This document shows, piece by piece, positions 38,959-56,649 of a stretch of 64,000 nt of DNA. Each line of letters opens with the position of its first letter. Positions within the stretch are counted from its first letter, which is position 1. The position numbers were made by a program, and so were the translations under genes. Source of the DNA: Octopus vulgaris (Eukaryota); assembly GCA_951406725.2 (NCBI GenBank), contig OX597842.1:16120001-16184000 (forward strand). The letters are read 5' to 3'. Under the pieces are notes generated by a model, which worked only from the letters and a program-made list of their open reading frames with translations, did not search any database and had not been told where the DNA came from.

Positions 38959-40917
38959 TTTGCACAACTTCTAACGCTGGGGATGTACTACGTTGTCAGC
39001 TGTTCACTCCCAGTGAACTAATGTACCACCTCTTCCAGAGTATTCGAGCGGTTCCCAGCAGTGTTGTTTTCTGCAAGTGCTCCACCCTTATTGCATCCCC
39101 TATTTATTCCATGTACTTCTCGAGGTTTTTGCTCACTGTTCCTAGGGCTCTGACAATTATTGGTACTACTGCTACTTTTTTCATCGACCATAACTGCTTA
39201 ACTTCCCGAGCTGCCTTGTCATATCTATCGAATTTTCTCTCTTCTTTATCGCATACCTTGCTGTCAACTGGACATGCTATATCTATGATCCAGCATAGTT
39301 TGTTTTCTTTCTCAATTAAGACTATGTCTGGCTTCCTATTCTCTATCTCATCGTCGGACTGAATCATGAAAATCCATAGGATCTTTGCATCTTTATTTTC
39401 GATGATGCCTTCGGGTTTGTAGTCGTATCAGTTTTTTGCTTTAAGTTCCTACTTGTTGCAAATTGTCCAGTGGACAAGTCTGGCTATATTGTCGTGGTGT
39501 CTCTTATATTCCTTCTGGGCTAGTGGCGTACACTGGCTGGTAATATGCCATACACTTTCACCAGTATGTCCACAGCCATCTTTTTTCTCTGTCTGTCTTA
39601 TCTTTAACATCCTTATGAAATTGACCATGCATTCTTTTCTTTACCCTCCTCCGTTTCCTTCCTTTTCCTTTCCTTGTACAGTGCTTTATCTTTGCAATCT
39701 TTCATCCTACACATGCCTGCCCATCTTACTTCTAATAATAGCGGTTCTGTGATATTTTGACATACCATGCTATGTTTTTCTTCTGCTCTAATGCTGTGTT
39801 CGCATCCAATAAGTCCTTTTCCCCCATTTTTCTTTGGTACACACAATCTGTTTCTGTCAATTTTGGGGTGGAGTGTCCCATGTCTAGTGAGCAAATTCTT
39901 TATCTTTCTGTCTGAGATATTTAGCTCTTCTACTGTCCATCCGTTCACTCCTGTTCCATATCTAAGCAGTGAAACGGCCTGAGTGTTGATAGCTTCAATC
40001 TTATTCCGGCCGTATGTTTAATTTCGACTTAAGGATCAGTCTAAGTCTGTGCACATACTCCACTTTAAATGTTTGTGTCATTTTCTTCTCCATCAATTTA
40101 TTCATTTCCAAAATACCCAAGTATAGCTAGTATCCAATTATAGCTAGTATAGCTAGTATCTTCTATCTGCTTCATAATCTTCATTGACGGTATCGTTAGT
40201 CCGTCCATACATTTAAATTTGCCTGTCTTCAAGACTAACGCAACACACTTTCTCAGTCCGAACTTCATTCTTATATCAGCACTGAAAGTATACACCGTAT
40301 CAACGAGGGAACTGACCTGGGCTTCATCTTTACCATAAAGTTTGACGCCATCAATAAATAACTATTTGTTGGCGGCTTTTGAATACATAATCTGCTTTTG
40401 CTTTCCTCAGAATCAGTGTTAATGGTATTGATCACAGAACAAAGGTCAGTGGGGACAGGCAGTCCCCTTGGAAGTTACTCCTCCTAATTTCTACTGTCCC
40501 TAAACCTCTTCTGTATGCTGTCAGGTCCGTCCTCCAATTCGCCATACTTTTTCCAAGCAGTTGCTCAACATTTGATGCAATGCCAAATAGGTTCATACAT
40601 TCCATAATCCAAGAATGTGGGATCATCCCGTACGTCTCACGATAGTCGATCCATGACATGGATAACTTAGTTTTCCTTCTCTTGCAGTCTCTAAGTACAG
40701 TTTTGTCTATCAGGATTTGATCCTTGGTACATCTGCACTTACGCTTGCAACGCTTCTGTTCATGTGACAGGACTCCATTTTTTCCAGATGTTCATACATT
40801 GACTCTGCGAGTATTCCAGTCAATAACTTCCAGGTAAGTTGCAAACAGGATATCGGCCTCTAATTGTCTTTTTTCGATGATTTTCAAGCACAGAACAGTC
40901 CTACCCAATGACAACCT
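38957..40917 (-). mobile_element. Older R4/Dong subfamily copy
   Basis: WIDY...[44 protein letters not shown] (PD-D endonuclease). Flanked by (TTA)n on both sides. Confidence 0.85.
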
Positions 40918-40937
40918 CACTAGTGTTATTATTGTTG

Positions 40938-43565
<2,628 letters not shown>

Positions 43566-43576
43566 TATTATTATTA

Positions 43577-43661
<85 letters not shown>

Positions 43662-43989
43662 GTCGGCGATCTGGCATGATCCTTAGCACACCGGGCGAAA
43701 TGCTTAGCGGTATTTCATCTGCTGTTACATCCGAAGTTTAAATTCCGCCGGGATCGACTTTGCCTTTCATCCTTTCAGGGTCGATAAATTAATAACTTAA
43801 GTACGAGTTACGCATTAGGGTCGATGTAATCGAGTTGACCCCTTCCTCCCAAATATGAAAATATGAGATTTGTGTTTCACGTACAAAAGATTACTGTTAT
43901 TATTGTTTATGCATTAATGAGGGTTGAGATTTAAGTTTTGTTTTGTGTTTTACCCCTACCCACTGTTACACTCGATTCCCACTAATTCT

Positions 43990-44720
43990 CCACAAACTCA
44001 CCCTTCGCAACTAGGGATCCAACTCCTAAGCATGTAAGACCGAGAAAAGGGGGTATCTTTGAGGATGCAAATTTGATACAGAAATTGGAATTTGACCACC
44101 AGGCAGATGCCGCTTTACATTTTGGTGACTCAGCTTCTGAAGGCGGGAACGAGCAAACATGTGGCGATGTCCTACCCTGTCAAATGCTTTGGGTTGATTC
44201 AAATTGACCAGAGCCCTTCCCAAAATCAGATCTATTCTCGGTTCCCTTCCATGATGTTTGCCATATGGAAGTTTAATTCCGAAGGCAGATTATCCAATCC
44301 TGGTGATTTAATCCCCTCACAGCAGATCAGTATTTCTGCCACTTCATCTGCTGAAATTAGTTTTGAACAACCCTCAGTCTCCCAGTCCGATTGTTGTGGC
44401 AAATCATGGAAGTAGGCCTTAAAGCCCGCTGTCTCAAGTATATCGCTCCTCGAAAACAGTTTGACGAAATGCTACGGAAACATAGCGCTCAGTTACTCGG
44501 AATCGGAGAGCACAAGACCGCTGCGTTCTGCTACTGACATAATTCTTGCAGTAATGGTAAACTGTGCCTCCACCACACGGGCCCAACCGACAATATTTGA
44601 ATTTGCATGTTCCAGAGAATGCATTGTAGCTCAAATAATGTACTCTTCGTGTTTAGCGTCGAAGAAATAGTCGAGATCCATTCTCACCGCCAGCACGTTC
44701 TTTGCTATCCCTTTCATCTC
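43990..44720 (-). mobile_element. L1/Tx1 ORF2 fragments
   Basis: KSPGLDNLPSEL and ALVNLNQPKAFDRVGH. Confidence 0.7.
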
Positions 44721-44991
44721 CTATGTGTCTCTTCTAAACTATTTAGTTTATTTTCTATCCTTTTATTCTTCTATTTGGTTCAGTCAATTGACTGCCACCA
44801 TGCTGGAGCATCGCTTTCAGTCGAACAAATTGACCACAGGCCTTAGTCTTTGTAAGCCTAGTACTTATTCTATCGGTTTCTTTTTATGAACCACTGGTTT
44901 ACGGGGGCCTAAATACACCAACATCGGTTGTCAATCGATGGTGGGGGACAAACACACACACATACATATAAGTGTACACACACACAAACAA

Positions 44992-45057
<66 letters not shown>

Positions 45058-45249
45058 TGTACGACGGGCTTCTTTTCAGTTTCCGTCTACCAAATCCACT
45101 CAGAAGGATTTGGTAGAACAGAGGCTATAGAAGAAGACACTTATCCAAGGTGCCACACAGTGGGACTGAACCCGTCACTGTGTGATTGGGAAGCAAACTT
45201 CTTACCACACAGCTACGCCTTCACCTGTAGTTTTCTATAACAATTTCTG

Positions 45250-47050
45250 CTAAAACTAACAGATGTCACTGATTTTTCTCTTTAGTGAAACACATCACTT
45301 ACTCTAGATTATATCTCCTATCAATATTTGCTTGACTCGTATAATAATCCTTGGAACATTTTCACACCGGAATGGATGCATTCATCTCCCAGTAACAGGA
45401 TCCTTTTATTAGTCTTTTCTATGACAACTATAAAGGTTACTATAAAGGTTACAGTTTGACTAATCCCACAAAATACTTGTCTGCGTTCAAAGTCCCATTC
45501 CAATCACCCACCAAAATTAAGGAGCGAGATATTCCCATCGGGCTCTACTGTTTCGTTTCCTGTTGCTTATATCCAAGACCTACCGACCAGATCTAAGAAA
45601 ACTTTTTCCATGACGTTGTATGAGTCTTCTAAGATTATTCTGTGTAAAATGTTTTTCAATCCTTCCACATCATGTTGGAAACTTTTCTTCGAAACACTGT
45701 ACATTGTTGCTGGCGTTCCTACCAGAGCCTTTTCTTGTATATTTTTGGAAACGTTGAGAGCATCAAAAGCCTCATTTGTTAAACTTTTGCTTTTACCTGA
45801 GTTTGTAAACTTGATGAGATCAGCGTTTTACTTTCGGAGAACTGTTCAGTTGGGAGACTCCTCCGTCAGGTGTTGCTCTAAATGTTACGTCCATTGTATC
45901 TGATGTGGGCGTCGGTTTGGTTGCATTTGGCTTTGGTCCTTTTCTTTCCGATCCCGATGTGACTCGCGCTGTTGTTCGGAATGTCGTTTCCTTTTTCTTT
46001 TGTTGTTGCAGGATTGTCTCTTGTTTTTGAAGTTATTGTTGTGGGTGTTGTAATTGTTGTTCTATCGATTTATTTATGAGACTAGGGACACTCGTACTTG
46101 GTGCTAACAAAGTTTGAGGGGTTAGTGGTCAAGACACTATTTTCACTATTCCTGACTACCCACTAGGGTGATTTGGTGTCTTCCAAAGCCACTTCTATAT
46201 ACGAAGAGTAGCCTGGATTTGGATTTAATTTCTTCCGTATCATTTACTGATGTTGTTCGTAGTGGTGGTTGTGATTGTGGAGGTAGTCACGGCCCTTTTT
46301 TCACGCCTATCCTTGAGTGGAGGTTTGTTTTGTTGCTTCTGTATTTATCGTTGTTGTGGTGGGTGCTGCTACCGTTCTCTTTGTAATTACAGTAGATTTT
46401 GCGTTGGAAGCAGCGATGCAGTGCGAGTCATTTCACCACTGTGACGTAGAAAGCTTTGGGCTGATCTATTTTGCCACATGTATAACATCTGGATTTCCTA
46501 CCCTTGACGACCACCGGCATCTGCCAAACAATCTCCGATAGACAAAAAGTTTGCTATGGAAACCACATCTTCTGGAACACTTAAAACTTGGAATTCCTTC
46601 TTTTTATTTTGATGGGGGGTTGATTTCATGCTCATTATTTCCCCGTGCTTGTCCCTATGAGGAGGTACGTTTGTGACCCTCACGCTCGTCACATAGCGTT
46701 CTATATATAAGGGTAGCATCGCGAACTAGGGTCCAGGTCATCGTATCCCTCCTACGCACATCCATTGATATACACTACGGTATGCTACACATCTTCCAAA
46801 TATTTTTTCTATTTCGGTTGAGGAAAGGAATTGTAGCATCGATTCTGCGCGATTGGTGCTCTTATAGATTCTTCTTATTTTCTCGGCGCACATCATTCCC
46901 CCTTCTGGGAGTGACATGGCCCCAGGATGAACGATATTGTTCCTATACGTTTTTAAGGACATCTACTTCCCCTTTAAGTAAAACGACGATCCGCCGCTTT
47001 GTAACTTTCGCGAAGTATGTTTTTTTTCTTTATGGATTTTCGTCGTTATT
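45250..47050 (-). mobile_element. Degenerate L1/Tx1-type ORF1 element
   Basis: VTSVRVTNVPPH and a VVVKGRKSRCYTCGK knuckle remnant. Confidence 0.6.
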
Positions 47051-48089
47051 GTTGTTGTTGTCGTTGTTGCTGTTGCCCTCGTAGATTATGTTAGTGTTCT
47101 TCTCATTCATTTTATTGTTGTTGTAGTTGTCTCAATTGTGGCGGCTGCTGTCGACGTTACAGTTGTAGTTATTGTTGTTGTTGCTAAAGCTATCAGCGCT
47201 ATTGTTGGTAGCTTTATCGCTGCTGCTGATTACATTATTATTGTTGCTGTTGTTGTTGTCGTAGTTCATACTAATACTAGTGCTATTATTGTTACTGTTG
47301 TCGTCGTCGTCGTCGCTGATGTTGTTTACTGTTTTGTGTTTTATTGTTCGTAGTTTCTTTTCTTCTTTCCATGGGAGTGGCAACCGACTCGTATGGCTGA
47401 CTACTATGTCAGATCGTTTAACTACGACGTAAGAGGTGAGGCGAATACATTTCCTCCAAAAACTAATCCTCTATTTAAATTCGTGGAAAAAGAAGATAAT
47501 AGATGATACGTATCGGGAAAAACCTCGGGACCAGCTGATGCCAGTTTCGTCATTAGAACTGGAACAATCTGCTTCAGTAGTAATCAATATAACAGAGGAA
47601 GACAGTACTGGAGACGGTTCACAATCACAAGACCAGTCCAGGGAGAGACCACCGATAGACTATATATACACGACTCATATATAATTATTTCCGTTGGATT
47701 CGACTTTCGGAAACATTGAACAACTAATGGTTTTTGCATACGCATACTGGCATTAATGTTTAAACTACACGATATTTTACAATTTTAAAGTTTATGCTCT
47801 TAAAAGTTTATATTTACATATATGTGCACCTTGTTGACAAGCATTTCTTATTAGCAGTTTACAAAAAAGACTACGATGACGATGTCAACTGTGAAGATGA
47901 CTACGATGAAGATGCTATTACAGCGACGAGAACGCAGATATTGATGACGATCGTAACGAATATGACGAGGTGGTGGGGGATTGTGAGGATTATCATGATC
48001 AAGATGATGATCATTATAATGATGAAGAGGAGCCATAAATTTTCCAGTGGAGTTGTTAAATGAACAAAATCCACGTGGAATTCCACCTC

Positions 48090-48955
48090 ATATTCTGGTG
48101 ATGAACGTTTGAAGTTTTATAATGTGAGAACGAAACCTCAGACCCCTGAAGAGTTTACTAAATTGAACATGAGGAACAATTATAGAAGAGCGCAACCATC
48201 TTCTTTATACAACAGAAATATTTACAGGCAACAGTTAAGAAGAAAGGGTTTTCACTTCACGAATTCATTTGTCACATAGCGAGACAAATCTACAATTTCA
48301 ACATAATCGCAGACAGTTCCCCTTGATACTATTCTTTGTTATTGTAAACGTAGTTTTCTCCCAGACCTACCAGATGCAAGTGAAGCGAAAGAATGCTTCC
48401 CCACTCTAAATGGCATCAACTATTCTCTCAAACAAAGATTTGTCTGAACTGAAGTCTTTTGATTCCCTCCTCAAATTAAGTTCGGTCCTCCAAAATATCC
48501 GTTTGAACATTAGAATGAAAATTAAGAACTGGCTCTGGTAAGCCTAATGTGGTACAACTAACACCATGCAATCACAATATCAAATCTATTCCCTGTATGA
48601 ATTGTTAAAGGAAATTTTAAAGTAGATTCGTTAAAAGACTTCAATGAATGTACTTTCATTCAGCTGATACAGTTCTACAGGGTATTTAAGCGTGTGAACT
48701 GCATATAGCTATGCATAGCTTCGCCTCAGTAAAGATGGGCGAATCATCAATACCTGCAGATTCTTCTAGAAATCTCATTCACTTACCATCATAACTACGT
48801 AAAGTATATTTTTCTGCTGCTTTTGATAATGTTTCAAATACTTCACCATTTCGATTCCCAGTTGGTAAATCTTTAAAATTTAAGGCTTCTCGAATATATA
48901 ATAGTAATGGAGGAAGATAAAATCTATCGGGCGGACATAATAAACTTGGATGGCC
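48090..48955 (-). mobile_element. Helitron Rep/helicase relic
   Basis: Minus strand reads DRFYLPPLLLYIREALNFKDLPTGNRNGEVFETLSKAAEKYTLRSYDGK*MRFLEES, resembling the Helitron ERFYLRLLL...SFEDLRTVNG...W...LEEA segment. Confidence 0.6.
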
Positions 48956-48999
48956 ACAAGAAAGAGAACAACAACAACTACCAACAACACGACTGTGCG

Positions 49000-49925
49000 A
49001 AGTTAGCTATAGTAAATATAGCCTCATATGCAGGTAACAATGATGAAATTTTATAAAGAGCCTCAAGTGTAACAGTAGGAGATAGGGACACCAAAAGACC
49101 AAAGGGGTTAAAAACATTTTAAAAAAGTGAAGCAAGATTATCTGACTGGCAAAAGAATGCTTTGCACGGTAGATTTCCAAAGATAATCACAGAAGAAAAT
49201 AATAATGAGACAGCTGTGGATTCACAAAGCAAGGCAGAAAAGGGAAACAAAACTGTTGCTAGTAATAACACAAGGTCTGATATAGAGGACTATTTGGATA
49301 AAAGCCAGGATAGAAGAAAATCAGGCAAATTAACAATGCAGGTAAAGTAAATCAAAGGGTAAAGTGCAACTCATTATAAGCTGGGTAGAATAATCGAGAG
49401 GAAGTTATGTAGATAGCTAGAAATTGCCCATACTGATAAGTGTTATAAATATGAATCTAGTAACGTGCTAGAAAACAAGAAAAAAATATAAGACATGGTG
49501 GGATTTTATTATTCAGGCCGAGAGATTAATAGAAGCTACAAAGCCTCATTTAGAGGTAGTAGCCTAAGAGAAGGGAAAGTGTCAGGTAATTGACTTTACA
49601 ATCCCAAATGATGAGATAATCAATATGGAAACTATACAGAAAATAGCAAAGTACCAGAGTCTAGCCATTCAGTTATAGAGGCTAGGAAGTGTGTGGATAA
49701 AATGTATCCCTGTAGCTATAAGTGCATTACGAATTATCCCTAAGGGTTTCACAAAGAAATAGAAAAAACTAGTTATAAAACCTACTTTAGTGAAGCTCCA
49801 GGAAACCGTGTTATTAGGGGCAGCTAGGATACTTAGGAAGGTTTTTCGCATATAAGGTTACTTTCTGTAGCCCGATGTTAGGAACTTTTCATGTTCCAGT
49901 CTAATCTGTTGTGCGTAGAGGAATT
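49000..49925 (+). mobile_element. Degenerate R4/Dong 3' fragment
   Basis: WQKNALHGRF, WDFIIQ...KP, VIDFTIPND, KIAKYQSL and LQETVLLGAARILRKV, followed by a (TAA)n region. Confidence 0.75.
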
Positions 49926-50075
49926 AATAATTCTTTCTTCTAAATACAAATGGGCTACTTTTATCCTAATTTTGGTGGTGGGGACTAAATGATTATATCG
50001 ACCCCAGTGTTTTACTGGTACATAATTTATCAACCCCGAAAGGATCAAATGTAAAATCGATTTCGTCGCCTTAAG

Positions 50076-50087
50076 AATAATAATAAT

Positions 50088-50140
<53 letters not shown>

Positions 50141-50220
50141 TGATGATGATAATAATGATAATTATAATAATAATAATAATAATAATGATGATAATAATAT
50201 TAATAATAATAATGATGATG

Positions 50221-50266
<46 letters not shown>

Positions 50267-50311
50267 TAATGATGATAATAATATTAATAATAATAATGAT
50301 GATGATAATAA

Positions 50312-50362
<51 letters not shown>

Positions 50363-50398
50363 TAATTATAATAATAATAATAAGAAGAAGAAGAATAC

Positions 50399-50479
<81 letters not shown>

Positions 50480-50480
50480 T
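50076..50480. repeat. (AAT)n compound microsatellite
   Basis: Directly visible. Confidence 0.95.
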
Positions 50481-51995
50481 AACTGGGTATTTTGGGCTTC
50501 GTATATTTTACATAGTTGATACTTATTTCATCGACTCCAAAATTATGAAAGATGAAGCAATCTCGGCGGAATTAGTAATAATAATCCTTTCGAAATAAGC
50601 ACAAGCCTTGAAATTTGAGGGGAGGGGACTAGTCGATTACATTGACCCCGGTACCCAACTATTACTTAATTTAACGGAGCCGAAAGGGTGAAAGACAAAG
50701 TCGACATCGTTGGAAGTAATAATAATAATAATGATAATGGTAATCCTTTGTACTAAATGTACAAAGCCTGAAATTTCGGGGCTGAGGATATATTAAACAA
50801 TCAATCGTAATGCAAGGCATCTATTTTCATTGCTACATCAAAATTGTGACATATGAAAAGAACGGAGTGAGAAAATATTAGACTTACCTGAGAAGAAAGG
50901 CAATATTCGGTTGGTCATTAAAAAAAAAAATATTTACTCTGATGGTTTGCGTTCGCTACTTTTAATAAAAATTAAGAAATGAAAGTAATGCATTGAAGTT
51001 ATAGCACAGTCAACCAGGATCTAACTTCTGTTAGCCAATGAAATTGACGAATCATTTTTATGAGTCGTATACATTTTTAATTGCTTTTCTCCATCGATTT
51101 CACCTCTCACCACATCTCTTTTGACACGACGCCTTATATGCTTCTTTTCATGCATACATACATACAGACATACATACATGCATAAATATATATATATATA
51201 TATACATATATATATTATATGCACACAGTACACACACACGCACACACACACACACACATACACACACACATACACACATATATATATACATGTATAAATA
51301 TGTGTATGTATGTATGACCATATATATATAGATCTACGTGCTGGGTATAACTCAAACTGCATCCATAGTGGGGTATTTTGTTCGGGAGTTCCAGGGTTTG
51401 TGGAATCTGGAATCACCTTGTAGCCACTATCGTCCCCCGCGCTACTCTGATACGGAGTGTTAGCAAATGTCAAGGTCCAACTATAAGTTAACTAATATTA
51501 GTATTGACAATGTATCGGAGCGCGGAAATGCGGGAAATAACTTTGGTTGATGTCACGGCGTGCAGTAAAACCGCTAAAAAGACGGTTCCCTTGGTTGCAT
51601 CAGAGGTGCCTACTGATGGAAAACCTGCTGTTTGACCTGATTAAAAGTCCTCTCTGTTCGGTCTCCCACTAGGTTCTAGTCACAGAGACTCAGAGTGGTA
51701 CTGGTATTCTACAGGTGCCTCTCATTATAATCAAATGATGCACAGTTATCTCTTTAACATGACCACATTCGGCATTTCATCTGCTGCAGTTCCTACGGTG
51801 ATGGAAGAATGAACGCGCACGGTAGGCTACAACAACTTTCGTCTCTCAGCTACGCTTCAAAGAAGCCAGATCGGCAGAGAGACTAAATTTCAACTGAGAA
51901 ATCATGAATGGAAACACGGAAATGCCATTCACAAACAGTAAGCAAAAGGTAACGGCAACCGTCTGCCAAGATGGAGCAATCATTTTATGTGTATG

Positions 51996-52046
<51 letters not shown>

Positions 52047-52185
52047 TTAAAATTTCATTAGTTTAAAGTTTATGAAAGCTCACCGTGTTTTGTCAGTTAT
52101 AAATAGTCCATGTAAATATATACCCTCGACGGAAAAAAGTTAGTGTTTGCCGTACAAATATATATATATATACATAAATGCATAT

Positions 52186-52261
<76 letters not shown>

Positions 52262-52506
52262 ACATACATACATATAGACATATATATATACATACATTAT
52301 ATATATATATATATGTATATATATATACTTATATATATATATATATATATATAATTTGAGAGAGAGAGAGGGAGAGATATATAGATACGTATATTTATGT
52401 TACCCTAGCAATATCACAAGAAGGCAGTTGTATTCGTCAATATATACTTATGCTTGTGCGTGGGTTCACGTCTTTTTGTGTGTGTGTGTGTGTGTATCTA
52501 CCCATA

Positions 52507-52581
<75 letters not shown>

Positions 52582-53289
52582 CTATCTGTCTATCCCTGTC
52601 CTTTCGCTAACCTCTGTAACAATCGCTACATCCTTTTTACATGGATAACAGATCTAGTTTAGATTCAAATCCACCTAAAGTGTATATATATATATATATA
52701 TATATAAGCCTGCTCGCTTAGCCAGCGGGGTGGCCTCATTTGGAGGCTAAAACAAAGCGAAGCGCATTGTGACCAGCGAAGTGTAGCAACATCTGATAGC
52801 CTGGTCGGTCACGTGATCACGTGATATATATATATATATATATTCGTGGAAAAGATTAGCATGGAAAACGTAAAAATGCATAAGAAATGCTGGAGAATTT
52901 GAAGAACAGAAACGACATCCAGAAATAATCAGATTTAGAGACAGAGAGAGTGTGAGTGTGTGTGGGGGGTGAGTGACTGAGTGAGTGGTGAGTGAGGGAG
53001 GGAGGGAGTGTCTGTGTGATTGTATATATATATATATATATATATACATGTGTGTGTGTGTGTGTGTAGGTGCATAATGAAGCCACATATTAATAAGTGT
53101 TCATACATATTTATACAAAATACAAAATGTATACTTTGATACTTTGATAGGTTTCGGCCATTATTGGCCCAGGCCATGTCTAACTTAATAGCACCTGTTA
53201 ATATTTATTGTACGTATCACTGACTTTAAGAATCCAGACAAAAGAAAAAGGAAATGGAAAATGAGAAACTCTAAAATTTAAAAAGAAAA

Positions 53290-54470
53290 ATATAGAAAGT
53301 GAAGAGAAATACTATGAAACACTTATAAAGGAATACTGTGTTAAGGTCGCAAATCTATCCACGTGTTTGTGGCCTTACAGTCTCTTGCATGACTGACAAT
53401 CTGACTAATCATAATGCTAGAAGAAGGCATACACACACACTGGTAATTCTTGTAATACACATTGTACAGTATCATAACGTCAGGGTATGGGAACTCAATC
53501 GGATAAAGAATATAGAGCAGGAAGAATTGGCCAAAAGAATGAACTACCAACGAAAACTAATAGACACACGAGACAAAATAATTCAACTGATCATATCATT
53601 GCAAACTGTTCCAATCTTGTACAACACACTCGATTAAATAAGCCAAACAACACATATAGGAATCAGCCTATATTTCCTCATCCTAACACGATCCCTAAAG
53701 TAGTAGAGAACTGGTACCTTGCTAACCTCCACGAAAGAGACAGATATATTGGCTAACATCTGCAACTCAGCATCCTCACCCTGCGCTCTAATAAGCTGCT
53801 CTCTAGAAAGAAGACCTGAAGGGCCACTACCCATTGAAGAGAAGTCATCAGCCTCTAATTTATAAAACAAAATTATCCAAGTAAGTACCTGACAAATCAC
53901 GAATGAAAGCATTCGGCAAAGAAGACTTGGAAGAAATGTCTTTCGACATCGAACAAGTCACTGCAGATGGAGGAAAAAATACCAGGAAACTCATCCTCCA
54001 ACTGTTCTGTATTACCTGAACTCCCTGGAGAAATAGTGACAATAGGATCAACACCAAATTGGACCCCATAACATCATTTCCGATCAACACCCAGAAATGG
54101 GAGAGAGTCAAGAACACCTACACTCACCTCACAAGAAACCATATCTGAAGTTAAATTCAGAAAATGGAGAGGAGCAGAAGAATTGCCGCATTATACCCTG
54201 AAACAAAACATCTGAGTTCCCTGACGACTCATCAAAAAAAGACAAAATATCTTTCGAAATCAGAAACTGGAGAGCTCCAGTATCCCTCAAAATAGTTACG
54301 GGACGTGGGAGAGACGTATTTCTCATACGTGACACAGAACATGTTGAAACAAAGGGCAAAAACTCATTCCGAACTATGGAATCTGAGGGTTTACAAACAA
54401 AACTCTCCGAAAAGGTAGGGTTAGGTGCGACAAATACAAAAGCATTTTGGGGACCTGTGAACTAAACCCC
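53290..54470 (-). mobile_element. Gypsy pol relic
   Basis: Protease PVTILRDTGA and LSREQLIRAQGEDAEL. No paired LTRs were identified. Confidence 0.7.
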
Positions 54471-54477
54471 CATACTT

Positions 54478-54552
<75 letters not shown>

Positions 54553-54623
54553 GTGTGTATATATATGTATATATATATACGTATATATATATGTATACAT
54601 ATATATGTAGATATATGTATATG

Positions 54624-54742
<119 letters not shown>

Positions 54743-54934
54743 TCACGGGTTATTTAAAGGATTAGGTACCATAATATGTGCTGTAACAAATTACTAAGGC
54801 TCCAAGGTTATAGCCGAGGCGGCAGTTAAAGAGCCATTGCAGATTTCCGAGGCAGCGGATATATAATTGGTAAACAGGACGTCAAACATCTCAAGTTATA
54901 TAAATATTATATCATATTATATTATATTATATAT

Positions 54935-54986
<52 letters not shown>

Positions 54987-55937
54987 CATGTATGTATAAA
55001 TGTATTTGTGCACGTGTATATTCATTTAATTTCTCAGTCATTTGATTACTGGAATAACGCCTTAACGTGTTTTAGAGGAACAAATCGACCCCAGAATTTA
55101 TTGTTTGCCAGACTAGTATTCATTCTATCACTTTCCCTTGTCAACCCGCTCCATTACAGGGACGTAAACACACCAACATCAGTTGTCAAGTGAGAGTGTG
55201 GGGGACAAACACAGACACAAAGACACACATAAGTATATACATAGATATAAGACGGGTTTATTACAGTTACTATCTACTAAATACACTCACAAGGCTTTGG
55301 TCGACCCGAGGATATAGTAGAAGACACTTGCCCAAGATGCCATGCGGCGGAACTGAACCGGAATCTATGTGTTTGGGAAGCAAGTTTCTTACCACACAAC
55401 CACGTCTCCGTCTTCACACAGCTTCGCCTCCGCGAGATATAAATATGCATATATGTGTTTGCTTAAGAGTGTGTGAATGCGTCTGTGTGTATGCAGTGGG
55501 GACCCAGGATCTTTTTAGTTTCCAAAAAATTACTATATTATTTGGGAATCGCAATTTGTAACAAATGGACACATTTTTATGAATTCTATGTTGTAACAGA
55601 CCAGAAACATAAAACAGTTGTGCTCTGAAAAACCTTGGTCCCGGCCCTTTTTTTGGTGTCGGATGGGCTAGACAGGGTGTTACTCGGGCAACTAGGACAA
55701 CATCCCTGCCTCAACCACTGGTATCTATGTAGACATGTAAGCTTGCTGCATTTATATGTGGATGGATGGATTGATGGATGTACGCATGTATGCAGGTAAG
55801 CTTGATGTATGTATGTGTGTATGTATGTATGTATGTAAGTATTATGAATGTGTATGCGTGTGTGATTTATTGAGTCACCACTATACAAAAGGCAAACAAA
55901 GCTAATTTCTTAGAGAGAGAAAGTTGTGTGAAATACT

Positions 55938-56099
55938 TTGAGAAGAGGATTGTTGACTATTTTAAGACCAAAGCTTTGTTGTTTACTACACTTGACTTAA
56001 CATTTAGAACATACTTAAACAACATGCAACTGTCTTGTGTGTCTCGACTACTACAATGTATCAGAATTTTAGTGAAATGACAGCGATCATCATGTGGGC

Positions 56100-56166
<67 letters not shown>

Positions 56167-56312
56167 TATACATACATATAGACATACAGATAGATAAATA
56201 ATTAGATAGATAAGTAAGATAGAGAGATAGGTAGATAAGATAGGTATATATAAGTATATATATATATGTAGATAGATAGGTAGATAGATCGATAACTAGA
56301 TAGATAGGTAGG

Positions 56313-56359
<47 letters not shown>

Positions 56360-56510
56360 GATTGTTGAGAAGAGGATTGTTGACTATTTTAAGACCAAAG
56401 CTTTGTTGTTTACTACACTTGACTTAACATTTAGAGCATACTTAAACAACATGCAACTGTCTTGTGTGTCACGACTACTACAATGTATCAGAATTATAAT
56501 GCAATGACAA
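55938..56510. repeat. ~145-bp direct repeat pair separated by (TA)n/(GATA)n
   Basis: 55938-56085 is nearly identical to 56365-56510. Confidence 0.85.
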
Positions 56511-56649
56511 TGACGCAGTACTGCAATGTGGTGGTAAACAATCATCATCATCATCATCATCATCATCACACTCAGCTTTCTGTTACATATACATATGTGT
56601 AAGTATATTATACATACATGTGTATATGTGGGCGTATATATCTTTTAAT

